Positions 21,026 to 31,079 of a stretch of 64,000 bases of DNA are shown piece after piece. The stretch is from a bacterium (GTDB lineage Bacteria; SAR324; XYD2-FULL-50-16; G965216635): NCBI GenBank assembly GCA_965216635.1, contig OZ244188.1, forward strand, positions 2,272,001 to 2,336,000. Direction: 5' to 3'. How positions within the stretch are numbered: position 1 is the first letter of the stretch; every line of letters starts with the position of its first letter. The translations under genes and the position numbers were made by a program. The notes beneath the pieces were generated by a model, which was not told the origin of the DNA, ran no database searches, and worked only from the letters and a program-made list of their open reading frames with translations.

Positions 21026-21883
21026 TTAAGGGATTTTTAACCGCTCCCCACTCTTAAGATTAGAAAAAATAGCAAACATTTTCGTTTTTGCTGCGTTATC
21101 TACATTTGGTGCTTCCATTCCTTGCAATAAATGATTTTTATCCACTGTCCGAAACTCCACATTGAAGCGGGTTTTATCGGAAGTATTTTTGATAGAACCG
21201 TGCAAATGGGCTGCTGGAAAAATTAACCATTCCCCTGTTTCTATAAGGACTGGATTGCCTTTTTCTAAGGAAGTGAGGCATTCTGGGGCTGAAGGGTAAG
21301 AAATTTTAATGCCTGCTGGGGTTTGTTTTTTCGCTTCTAAGTATTTTTTAAGAGACCATTCCGCCGTTGTATTTTTTATAGGCTTCTTCCAGTAATCTGT
21401 GAAAAACTGAAATGTTCTATTTGCTTCCAAGTCAAATAAAGGAGACCACCAGTTTAGCTGCGAATAAATATTTACGCCCCAAGTGTCTCTATGAGGATGT
21501 ATATAGCTGTGAGCACTTTCTTTTTGAAAAAAAGAAACGGGAGGAACTGCCCGAAGAATCAATTTATCCCAATAAATATTTTCTAAATCACAGCCTATAT
21601 TTTCTAATAGATTACCAATATCTTTTTTGTAGTCACCCCTAAAAGATTCATTGAGATTATAAACACGAGTGATAAAACTTTCATCGTCTAAAAACAGATG
21701 CGCTTCTGTAGGAGGGTGCGGTGCAAAAGCTTTTTCTACGGCACTAACCATCCGATTTTGCCAATCCTTGCTCTGTAAAACTAAACAAAACAATTCTCCC
21801 TGAAAAAGCTGCTGCGCTATTTTTGTATCTGAAAATAAAGATTTGTTTGCAAGTGATTTTGTAATTTTAATTTCGCCTAGCAT
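21026..21883 (-). CDS. Putative 2-oxoglutarate/Fe(II)-dependent oxygenase-like protein
   Basis: HRDTW...HLHGS...RFNVEFR facial-triad-like pattern. ATG at 21883 directly follows the Rieske gene stop. Confidence 0.55.
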   Translation of the reverse strand: MLGEIKITKSLANKSLFSDTKIAQQLFQGELFCLVLQSKDWQNRMVSAVEKAFAPHPPTEAHLFLDDESFITRVYNLNESFRGDYKKDIGNLLENIGCDLENIYWDKLILRAVPPVSFFQKESAHSYIHPHRDTWGVNIYSQLNWWSPLFDLEANRTFQFFTDYWKKPIKNTTAEWSLKKYLEAKKQTPAGIKISYPSAPECLTSLEKGNPVLIETGEWLIFPAAHLHGSIKNTSDKTRFNVEFRTVDKNHLLQGMEAPNVDNAAKTKMFAIFSNLKSGERLKIP

Positions 21884-21884
21884 T

Positions 21885-23090
21885 TCAATTATCTCCAGCG
21901 GGAATTTTACGAACACCCACCATAGCATCTATAACCATATTCTGAAAACGATGGACTGGCTCTTCAAAATGATAACATAATCTTCCTCCTAAATAAGGCT
22001 TGGTTTTTAATCCCTGTTGCACTTTTTCACAAATTGCAACATCTTCTTTATTCACATCATCCCAAAATTTTAGAACCTCACCTATTGTTTTTTTTTTTGT
22101 TCCAGCAACGCACTCAGAATGCGCTACCAACCAAGCTGTCTCCAGAGTTCTATCAGGAGCCAACGGATGCGTCTTAATAATGAAAGCATGGCTCGGCATA
22201 ATAAAAAAAATTAGGTTCGGAAACAAACAAAAAAAATAACCACTGATTTGCTCTTTTTCGTCCAAGTAGCCTAAATTTTTCATATCCAACCAATCGGAAT
22301 CATCTGTGCTAGTTAGGGGATAAGTGCAGATACCACAATACATCCCTGAACCCTGCCAACGGTGATGATCCGCTATGCGCGAAGTTTTGGCTAGTCTACG
22401 ATGCACCCAAGGCAAATGATAATATTCCACAGCATTTTCACAAAGCAGTTTCCAATTAGAGCGAATATCATAAGTGCATTCTTCCAATAGCTGCCATTCG
22501 CTTAAACGAAAATTTGCCAATCTCTGCGGTAAATCTCCGAGAAATTCTGATAGCGCAGGCGCTGTATTATCCAAACAAACAAAAACTAACATCCCCCATT
22601 GCTCCACACGAACTTTAAATAAACCAAAATCTTTTTTATCAAAAGACTCCAAATGAGACATATCGTGCATCTCCATAACTCTTCTGTTTGTTCCAGAATT
22701 AAATAAAGGCGTGCCAATACAATCACCCTGCAGACTATACCCCCAACCGTGATAAGGGCAGATAATGTGTTTTTTAACCTTGCCGTTTTTTTGACACAAC
22801 CGAGTGCCACGATGACGGCAGACATTATAAAAAGCTTGTAATTTCTTTGCTTCATCACGGCAGATAATTATAGATTGCCCGCCGATTTCTGTAACCATAA
22901 GATCTCCTGCATTTTGCACAGAAGCTACTGTTCCCGCACAAACCCAATAGCGTCCAAAAACCTGTTCTTGTTCCAATGCAAAAAATTCTTCTTCTGTATA
23001 GGCGTCTGGAATCAAAGAAACAGCCTTCTCCGTAGATAATCTTGTTTTTTTATAAGTCTTTTCTTGCCGATAAATATTACTAGCTTTCAT
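21885..23090 (-). CDS. Rieske non-heme iron oxygenase alpha subunit (choline monooxygenase / quaternary-amine oxygenase-like)
   Basis: CRHRG...CPYHGW Rieske motif, NWKLLCENAVEYYHLPWVH iron site, and EDVAICEKVQQGL. Confidence 0.9.
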   Translation of the reverse strand: MKASNIYRQEKTYKKTRLSTEKAVSLIPDAYTEEEFFALEQEQVFGRYWVCAGTVASVQNAGDLMVTEIGGQSIIICRDEAKKLQAFYNVCRHRGTRLCQKNGKVKKHIICPYHGWGYSLQGDCIGTPLFNSGTNRRVMEMHDMSHLESFDKKDFGLFKVRVEQWGMLVFVCLDNTAPALSEFLGDLPQRLANFRLSEWQLLEECTYDIRSNWKLLCENAVEYYHLPWVHRRLAKTSRIADHHRWQGSGMYCGICTYPLTSTDDSDWLDMKNLGYLDEKEQISGYFFCLFPNLIFFIMPSHAFIIKTHPLAPDRTLETAWLVAHSECVAGTKKKTIGEVLKFWDDVNKEDVAICEKVQQGLKTKPYLGGRLCYHFEEPVHRFQNMVIDAMVGVRKIPAGDN

Positions 23091-23161
23091 TTTGGTTTGG
23101 GGTTGAGGTGAGGGATTTTTTTTTATGGGTTTATAAGCCTGTTTTTGATTTTTTTGTGGTT

Positions 23162-23246
23162 AAAAAAAAATCCCCCCGTCGTCCACTGGGAACTCGTGAG
23201 GGGAAACAAACTTACGCTACCAAAAGGTAGCTTGTTGTGTATAGAT
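23162..23246 (-). ncRNA. tracrRNA, copy 1
   Basis: Minus strand has the anti-repeat TCTATACACAAC (complementary to the repeat 5' end GTTGTGTATAGA), hairpin GCTACC-TTTT-GGTAGC, a GC-rich 3' stem and a T9 tail. Confidence 0.8.
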
Positions 23247-23252
23247 ACTGAA

Positions 23253-23281
23253 AGTCTACGTCTTATTTTTTAATTTGTCAA
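23253..23281 (-). promoter_or_regulatory. tracrRNA-1 promoter
   Basis: TTGACA-17 bp-TAGACT. Confidence 0.7.
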
Positions 23282-23340
23282 GTAATTTTTTCTACCATAA
23301 TTTTTTTTTAGGCAATTTTTTCTTGATTTTTTTTGTGGTT

Positions 23341-23425
23341 AAAAAAAAATCCCCCCGTCGTCCACTGGGAACTCGTGAGGGGAAACAAACTTACGCTACC
23401 AAAAGGTAGCTTGTTGTGTATAGAT
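23341..23425 (-). ncRNA. tracrRNA, copy 2
   Basis: Identical to copy 1 at an offset of 179 bp. Confidence 0.8.
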
Positions 23426-23431
23426 ACTGAA

Positions 23432-23460
23432 ATTCTACGTCTTATTTTTTAATTTGTCAA
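23432..23460 (-). promoter_or_regulatory. tracrRNA-2 promoter
   Basis: TTGACA-17 bp-TAGAAT. Confidence 0.7.
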
Positions 23461-23519
23461 GTAATTTTTTCTACCATAATTTTTTTTTCCCATAAATTTT
23501 TTTTTCGGGCAATTTTTTC

Positions 23520-23548
23520 TTGATTTTTAATTTTTTTTAGATTATAAA
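23520..23548 (+). promoter_or_regulatory. Candidate cas9 promoter
   Basis: TTGATT-17 bp-TATAAA, in an AT-rich context so only moderately specific. Confidence 0.45.
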
Positions 23549-23586
23549 AGGAATATCTTTTATTTTTAGCATTTTTAAAAAAAATT

Positions 23587-26500
23587 ATGGATAAAATTTT
23601 AGGACTAGACGCCGGCACAAACTCCTTAGGCTGGTCTATTATAGAATACGATGAAAAGAAAAATCCTCAAAAACTGTTAGATTGTGGGGTGCGTATTTTT
23701 ACAGAAGTAACCGAAGACAAGACTAAAATTCCTAAAAACCAAAAAAGAAGAGAGGCTCGTGGGCATCGCAGAATTTTACAAAGAAAAGCTAAGCGTATAA
23801 AAAGACTTGCTCGTTTTTTGCAAGAAAATCAAATCCTACCCACAGCTCAAGCAGAAAAAGATAAAATTTATCAACTAGACCCTTACCAACTTAGAGCCGA
23901 AGGTTTGACTAGAAAACTCACTCTACCAGAACTAGCAAGAGTATTTTTGCACCTTTGTAAAAGAAGAGGCTTTTTAAGCAATCGTAAAACTACCTTTTTA
24001 GAAATTTTTAAAGACCCAAAAATAAAAGAAGAATTATCAAAAGTTATTGAACAAGAAAAACACAAACAAGCAGAAAACGAATTAAAAAAAATAGAAAAAA
24101 ACAAAAAAAATACTAGCGATGAAAAAGACGAAAAAAAAACTTTAGCTAGAATCATTTCATTAGAAACAGACATCAAAAAAGAAAGTTCCAAAACTCTTGG
24201 AGAATATCTTTATGAATATGAAAAAGAAAAAAAAAGAGGTCTGAATACTTCCAGAGAAATGTATGAAAATGAATTTGAATTGCTATGGAATAATCAACAA
24301 AAACACCACCAGCAAATTCTAAACGACAAACTCAAAAAAGAAATCCATAAATTTATCTTTTTTCAAAATCCACTAAAAGTGCAAAAGTTTTTAATAGGAA
24401 ATTGCACCTTTGAGCCAAACAAAAAAAGATGTTTTAAGGCAAGGCTAGAATACCAAGAATTCCAAATCTGGCAGAACCTACACAATATTAGATTCTATGA
24501 CCCCAGTAAAAAAGACTTAAGAGGACTCACAAAAGAAGAACAGAAAATGATTTTTGAACAACTCTCAAAATCTAAAACGATGAGTTGGAAAGCTTTCCGC
24601 AAAAAACTAAATCTAACGGACAACCAACCTATTACTCTTGAAGAATCCATAAAAGAACTAAAAGGCAATCAAACTTATTGTGATATGAATACTCATTTTA
24701 CTGAGTTTTGGAATAACAAAACAAAAAAAGAACAAAGTGAATTTATAGACGATATTCTTTCTATCCACAAAGAGAAAACTCTCTACCTTAGACTAAAAGA
24801 TGACTGGGGTTTTACTCCTGAACAGGCTTTTAAAATTATCACTTTAGATTTTCACGGTAAGGGCTATGCTAATCTATCATTAAAAGCCATCAATAAAATT
24901 CTCCCCCTTATGCGAGAAGGCAAGGATTATTACAATGCTTGTGAAGAAGCAAAATACCAAAGAGAGGACCAAAAAAAGATTCAAGCAGAAGACACTCTCC
25001 CTTATCTACCAGATGCCACCCCGCGGTTTGATAAAAAAACTGGTAAAAAAGAAAAACGCTATTCAGGTCCTAGAAATCCAGTAGTAACAAAAGCACTCAA
25101 CGAAATTCGTAAGGTTGTCAACGCCATTATAGAGAAGCACGGCAAACCAGACCTTATCCGTTTGGAAATGGCAAGAGATTTAAAAAATAGTAAAAAAAAG
25201 AAATTAGAAATTAATAGCAGGAATAAAAAACAAGAAGCAGCTAGAAAAAATGCTAAGGAAAGAATTCAAGAACATTTTAAAAATCAAAGAGAAATAACAA
25301 GAGACGATATTACCAAGTATTTGCTTTGGGAAGAATGCGACAAACAGTGTATTTATACAGGAAAAATAATTAGCTTAGAAGATCTTTTCAATAATCGTTT
25401 TGATGTAGAACACACCATTCCTTTTTCTAGATCCTTAGACGACTCTTTTATCAATAAAACTCTTTGTGAAGCCTCAGAAAATAGAGCTTTCAAAAAAAAC
25501 CAAACTCCTCACGAAGCCTACTCTGGCAATTCAGAAAAATGGGAAGCTATCCAACAAAGACTAAACAAACTTATAAGAGAGCATAAATTATCTAAAAACA
25601 AATACGACCGTTTTTTTTTAAAAGGAGACGCCTTGAAAAAATTTACAGATAATTTTTCCACTAGACACTTAAACGACACACGCTATATTGCCACCGAATC
25701 AAAGAAATATCTTCAAAAATTAGGTTGTGAAGTGCAAGTTACCCCTGGCACTCTCACTGCTTTTTTAAGAGCAGGCTGGGGATTAAATAAAATTCTAAAA
25801 GAAGATTCGGAGGAAAATAATGATTTTAGAACTCAAGAAAATACAGAAAAACAGACAGAAGTCTCTCCTGTTTTACAAGCTTACGCAGAAAATACAGAAA
25901 CAGAAAAACCAAAACCAGAGGATAATAAAAAAGAACGTAAAGATCACCGTCACCACACTATAGATGCTATAGTTGTAGCCCTTACTTCACTTCGTTTGGT
26001 GCAAAGAATATCTACACTATCTGCAAAAAATCAAAAAAACAGATTGACTCTTAAAGAAAATGAAAAAATTGTTCAACCCTACAAAAATTTTAAAACAGAA
26101 ATAGAGCAAAAAATAGCAGAAATTATCGTCTCTCACGCTGGAACTCAAGACGATTGGACAAAAGGAGCATTGCACGAAGAAACAGCCTACGGTAAAGTGC
26201 AAACCAAAGAAGGAGAGCAATATACTCGTAGAGTTCATTTAAAAGATTTAGAGTTAACTCAAATAAAAAAAATTGCAGATCCAAAAGTAAAAGAATTGGT
26301 AGAAGAGAGGCTTTACCAATACGACAACAAAACTAAAGAAGCCTTTGCTCAAGAGTTACCGCACAAAAATGGCAATCCTATTCACTCTGTACGACTTTTA
26401 GAAAACCCTAGTAATTTAATTGGAATTTCTAAAGGTCACCCTGAAAAAAAGATTTATAAATATTACGAGGCTGGAGGCAATCACCACTTGTGTATTTTTG

Positions 26501-26874
26501 AGAATTTAGAAACCGGAAAAAAGGTAGAACAGCTTACTACGAAGTTTGAAGCAGCTCAAAGAAAAACCAAAGGGAAGTCAATCATTCAAAAAGAAATGAA
26601 AAACTGCAAATTTTTAATGTCCCTTAAAATCAACGATATGCTTTCTTTGGAAGGGGTGGATTCTTCTGGTAAAGATATTAGCGGCTATTACAGAGTGCAA
26701 ATGCTTTCTAAAGGGATAATAGTATTGCGACAACATACAAGAAGTGAAACAGGGAATACAGGAGAAGAAAGAAAAAGCCTCATTCAAACTGGATTTAATA
26801 CTATCTTTAAATATAATCCCCAAAAAATAAGCATAGATCCTATTGGACAAATAAAAAAAGAAACCAATTTTTAA
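23587..26874 (+). CDS. cas9: CRISPR-associated endonuclease Cas9, type II-C, 1095 aa
   Basis: RuvC-I LGLDAGTNSLG, Arg-rich bridge helix, KRRGF, RNPVV, EMARD, HNH DVEHTIPFSRSLDDSFINK, and RuvC-III DHRHHTIDA. Confidence 0.97.
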   Translation: MDKILGLDAGTNSLGWSIIEYDEKKNPQKLLDCGVRIFTEVTEDKTKIPKNQKRREARGHRRILQRKAKRIKRLARFLQENQILPTAQAEKDKIYQLDPYQLRAEGLTRKLTLPELARVFLHLCKRRGFLSNRKTTFLEIFKDPKIKEELSKVIEQEKHKQAENELKKIEKNKKNTSDEKDEKKTLARIISLETDIKKESSKTLGEYLYEYEKEKKRGLNTSREMYENEFELLWNNQQKHHQQILNDKLKKEIHKFIFFQNPLKVQKFLIGNCTFEPNKKRCFKARLEYQEFQIWQNLHNIRFYDPSKKDLRGLTKEEQKMIFEQLSKSKTMSWKAFRKKLNLTDNQPITLEESIKELKGNQTYCDMNTHFTEFWNNKTKKEQSEFIDDILSIHKEKTLYLRLKDDWGFTPEQAFKIITLDFHGKGYANLSLKAINKILPLMREGKDYYNACEEAKYQREDQKKIQAEDTLPYLPDATPRFDKKTGKKEKRYSGPRNPVVTKALNEIRKVVNAIIEKHGKPDLIRLEMARDLKNSKKKKLEINSRNKKQEAARKNAKERIQEHFKNQREITRDDITKYLLWEECDKQCIYTGKIISLEDLFNNRFDVEHTIPFSRSLDDSFINKTLCEASENRAFKKNQTPHEAYSGNSEKWEAIQQRLNKLIREHKLSKNKYDRFFLKGDALKKFTDNFSTRHLNDTRYIATESKKYLQKLGCEVQVTPGTLTAFLRAGWGLNKILKEDSEENNDFRTQENTEKQTEVSPVLQAYAENTETEKPKPEDNKKERKDHRHHTIDAIVVALTSLRLVQRISTLSAKNQKNRLTLKENEKIVQPYKNFKTEIEQKIAEIIVSHAGTQDDWTKGALHEETAYGKVQTKEGEQYTRRVHLKDLELTQIKKIADPKVKELVEERLYQYDNKTKEAFAQELPHKNGNPIHSVRLLENPSNLIGISKGHPEKKIYKYYEAGGNHHLCIFENLETGKKVEQLTTKFEAAQRKTKGKSIIQKEMKNCKFLMSLKINDMLSLEGVDSSGKDISGYYRVQMLSKGIIVLRQHTRSETGNTGEERKSLIQTGFNTIFKYNPQKISIDPIGQIKKETNF

Positions 26875-26920
26875 GATTTTGCACAGATTTTGAGTAACTA
26901 GGTAGTAAGAAGAACTACCT

Positions 26921-27811
26921 ATGATTAAAAGAATTATAGAGATTAGCTCGGCAAGCTATCTTTCTATGAAAAATTGCCAGTTACTCATCCAAAGAGCAAA
27001 GCAACCTGTCCAATCTTTACCCATAGAAGATATAGGGGTGCTTATTTTGGATAATACCGCCATTAGCTATACTCAAGCAATGTTGAATCATTGTCTAGCT
27101 AATAATACTGTGGTTATTCTTTGTAACCAACAGCACCTCCCCCACGCTATACTTTACCCCTTAAACCAAAATTCACTACACAGTAAAATTATCCATTCCC
27201 AATTCCAAGCAAGCCAACCCCTACAAAAAAAAATATGGCAAGAGATTATTCAAGCAAAAATCAACGAGCAAGCTAAAAATTTAATGCTTTGCAAAGGAAA
27301 AGATTTTGGACTAAAAAATATGCAGAGTAAAGTTTTGAGCGGAGATAGTAGCAATCTAGAAGCCCAAACTGCTAGGGCTTATTGGAAAAAACTTTTTGGT
27401 AAGGAATTTTGTAGAAATCCAAGTAGTGCTGGAATCAATAGTCTACTCAATTATGGTTATGCCATTATTAGAGCCGTAGTATCTCGTGCCATTTCTGCAA
27501 CTGGACTGCATCCTGCTTTAGGCATTCATCACAGCAACCAATATAACCCCTTTTGCCTAGCAGACGATTTAATGGAACCTTTAAGACCTCTTGTAGACAA
27601 TAGAGTTTTTCAAATCTGTTCCCAAGAAACACCAGAAGAAATAACTCCAGCCATAAAAAAGAAAATTTTAGAAATATTAAACTGGTATTGCATACTAGGA
27701 GAGAATTCTTATTTCCTGCTAACAGGAGTGCAACTTTATGTAGCTTCTTTTAAAAAAAAATTGTGTAAAGAAAGCAAAGATTTTTCTATTCCTAGCTTTC
27801 TTAAACTATGA
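26921..27811 (+). CDS. cas1: CRISPR-associated integrase Cas1
   Basis: PIEDIG, EAQTARAYW, NSLLNYGYAIIR and LADDLMEPLRP. Confidence 0.97.
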   Translation: MIKRIIEISSASYLSMKNCQLLIQRAKQPVQSLPIEDIGVLILDNTAISYTQAMLNHCLANNTVVILCNQQHLPHAILYPLNQNSLHSKIIHSQFQASQPLQKKIWQEIIQAKINEQAKNLMLCKGKDFGLKNMQSKVLSGDSSNLEAQTARAYWKKLFGKEFCRNPSSAGINSLLNYGYAIIRAVVSRAISATGLHPALGIHHSNQYNPFCLADDLMEPLRPLVDNRVFQICSQETPEEITPAIKKKILEILNWYCILGENSYFLLTGVQLYVASFKKKLCKESKDFSIPSFLKL

Positions 27812-28149
27812 GAAAACCTATTCCTTTTGGGGGCTATAGAACTATGTGGTTAATGGTTATGTTTGATTTGCCGACAGATACTCCCAAAGCAAGGAAACGA
27901 TACAGAGACTTTAGAAATCACTTGCTCCAAGATGGTTTTGATATGCTCCAGTTTTCTGTTTATTCTAGACATACTCCTAGCGAAGAAAATGCAGCAGTGC
28001 ATATTCAAAGAGTAAAAACCAATATACCCGATGATGGACATATCCGCATCCTTAAATTTACTGACAAACAATTTTCTAGAATGCTAGTTTTTTTTGGAAA
28101 AATGAGAAAGCCCCCCGAAAAAGCTAGCGAACAACTTTCCTTTTTCTAA
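27808..28149 (+). CDS. cas2: CRISPR-associated Cas2
   Basis: MWLMVMFDLPT and GFDMLQFSVY. No csn2 or cas4 present, so type II-C. Confidence 0.97.
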   Translation: MRKPIPFGGYRTMWLMVMFDLPTDTPKARKRYRDFRNHLLQDGFDMLQFSVYSRHTPSEENAAVHIQRVKTNIPDDGHIRILKFTDKQFSRMLVFFGKMRKPPEKASEQLSFF

Positions 28150-28460
28150 ACTAATTTTTAAGTCTTTTATAGAGTTAAAAACAATATCGTTTAAGAGAAA
28201 CAGATTAAAATTAAGAAGTCAGCAAAAGTAGAATGTGAAACAACCAGCGGTTGATTCACTATAACCTTTATGAAATTAAAAGCAGTATCGTTTAAGAGAA
28301 ACAGATTAAAATCAAGAAGTCAGCAAAAGTGGAATTGAAACAACCAGCGGTTGTTTCACTATAACCTTTATGAAATTAAAAGCAGTAAGACTGCAGTAGA
28401 ACTACAGGATTTTCAAGCACTTATTTTTCAAAAAAAATGAAAGAAAAAAGAATGGTAGAT

Positions 28461-30822
28461 GTTACCAATCTACAAAATTCGTCCTCTATACACAACAGAC
28501 AAAAGTAGCAATGAAACTACTGTACAGTCACCAATCTATAAAATTCGTCCTCTATATCTTTTAAGAGAAACAGATTAAAATCAAGAAGTCAGCAAAAGTA
28601 GAATGTGAAACAACCAGCGGTTGTTTCACTATAACCTTTATGAAATTAAAAGCAATAAGACTGCCGTAGAACTACAGGATTTTCAAGCACTTATTTTTCA
28701 AAAAAAATGAAAGAAAAAAGAATGGTAGATGTTACCAATTTACAAAATTCGTCCTCTATACACAACGTTATTTTTCTGTCACATTTGATACTGATAGTCA
28801 CCAATCTACAAAATTCGTCCTCTATATCGTTTAAGAGAAACAGATTAAAATTAAGAAGTCAGCAAAAGTAGAATGTGAAACAACCAGCGGTTGTTTCACT
28901 ATAACCTTTATGAAATTAAAAGCAATAAGACTGCCGTAGAACTACAGGCACGTAGTGCTCTCCCAATAAATTGTCACCAATCTACAAAATTCGTCCTCTA
29001 TATCGTTTAAGAGAAACAGATTAAAATTAAGAAGTCAGCAAAAGTAGAATGTGAAACAACCAGCGGTTGTTTCACTATAACCTTTATGAAATTAAAAGCA
29101 ATAAGACTGCCGTAGAACTACAGGCACGTAGTGCTCTCCCAATAAATTGTCACCAATCTACAAAATTCGTCCTCTATACACAACTTTTGGCACTAGATAG
29201 CCTGTTCGTGTGTAGTCACCAATCTACAAAATTCGTCCTCTATATCGTTTAAGAGAAACAGATTAAAATCAAGAAGTCAGCAAAAGTAGAATGTGAAACA
29301 ACCAGCGGTTGTTTCACTATAAACTTTATGAAATTAAAAGCAATAAGACTGCCGTAGAACTACAGGCACGTAGTGCTCTCCCAATAAATTGTCACCAATC
29401 TACAAAATTCGTCCTCTATACACAACTAATATATTAGACATAATAACCTCTTTTTGGGTCACCAATCTACAAAATTCGTCCTCTATATCGTTTAAGAGAA
29501 ACAGATTAAAATTAAGAAGTCAGCAAAAGTAGAATGTGAAACAACCAGCGGTTGTTTCACTATAACCTTTATGAAATTAAAAGCAATAAGACTGCCGTAG
29601 AACTACAGGATTTTTAAGCACTTATTTTTCAAAAAAAATGAAAGAAACTCTCAAAAAAATCTAATAAATAGTCTTTTTTTCTAGATTGAAATGTTGAATT
29701 TTGATAAGAATGGCGGGACTTTAAGAGCTATCTGTCACCAATCTACAAAATTCGTCCTCTATATCGTTTAAGAGAAACAGATTAAAATTAAGAAGTCAGC
29801 AAAAGTAGAATGTGAAACAACCAGCGGTTGTTTCACTATAACCTTTATGAAATTAAAAGCAATAAGACTGCCGTAGAACTACAGGCACGTAGTGCTCTCC
29901 CAATAAATTGTCACCAATCTACAAAATTCGTCCTCTATATTGTTTAAGAGAAACAGATTAAAATTAAGAAGTCAGCAAAAGTAGAATGTGAAACAACCAG
30001 CGGTTGATTCACTATAACCTTTATGAAATTAAAAGCAGTATCGTTTAAGAGAAACAGATTAAAATCAAGAAGTCAGCAAAAGTAGAATGTGAAACAACCA
30101 GCGGTTGATTCACTATAACCTTTATGAAATTAAAAGCAGTATCGTTTAAGAGAAACAGATTAAAATCAAGAAGTCAGCAAAAGTAAAATGTGAAACAACC
30201 AGCGGTTGTTTCACTATAACCTTTATGAAATTAAAAGCAGTATCGTTTAAGAGAAACAGATTAAAATTAAGAAGTCAGCAAAAGTAGAATGTGAAACAAC
30301 CAGCGGTTGTTTCACTATAACCTTTATGAAATTAAAAGCAGTAAGACTGCCGTAGAACTACAGGATTTTTAAGCACTTATTTTTCAAAAAAATGAAAGAA
30401 ACTCTCAAAAAAATCTAATAAATAGTCTTTTTTTCTAGACTGAAATGTTGAATTTTGATAAGAATGGCGGGACTTTAAGAGCTATCTGTCACCAATCTAC
30501 AAAATTCGTCCTCTATATCGTTTAAGAGAAACAGATTAAAATTAAGAAGTCAGCAAAAGTAGAATGTGAAACAACCAGCGGTTGTTTCACTATAACCTTT
30601 ATGAAATTAAAAGCAGTATCGTTTAAGAGAAACAGATTAAAATTAAGAAGTCAGCAAAAGTAGAATGTGAAACAACCAGCGGTTGTTTCACTATAACCTT
30701 TATGAAATTTAAAGCAGTAAGACTGCCGTAGAACTACAGGATTTTCAAGCACTTATTATTCAAAAAAAATGAAAGAAAAAAGAATGGTAGAAGTCACCAA
30801 TCTACAAAATTCGTCCTCTATA
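28461..30822 (-). CRISPR. Fragmented mini-arrays: four one-spacer units and five lone truncated repeats
   Basis: Repeat-spacer-truncated repeat at 28461, 28731, 29149 and 29391. Lone 30-nt repeats at 28973, 29734, 29910, 30488 and 30793. Confidence 0.9.
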
Positions 30823-31079
30823 TCGTTTAAGAGAAACAGATTAAAATTAAGATAAAATTAAGAAGTCAGCAAAAGTAGAATGTGAAACAACCAGCGGTTG
30901 TTTCACTATAACCTTTATGAAATTAAAAGCAGTAAGACTGCCGTAGAACTACAGGATTTTTAAGCACTTATTTTTCAAAAAAAATGAAAGAAACTCTCAA
31001 AAAAATCTAATAAATAGTCTTTTTTTCTAGACTGAAATGTTGAATTTTGATAAGAATGGCGGGACTTTAAGAGCTATCT

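Noticed and set aside
29427..29457. Spacer resembling the nuoL start region (atattagacataa near 14484)
   Set aside because: Only ~13 AT-rich bases match, which is expected by chance. I saw no convincing self-targeting spacer by eye, but the check was not exhaustive.
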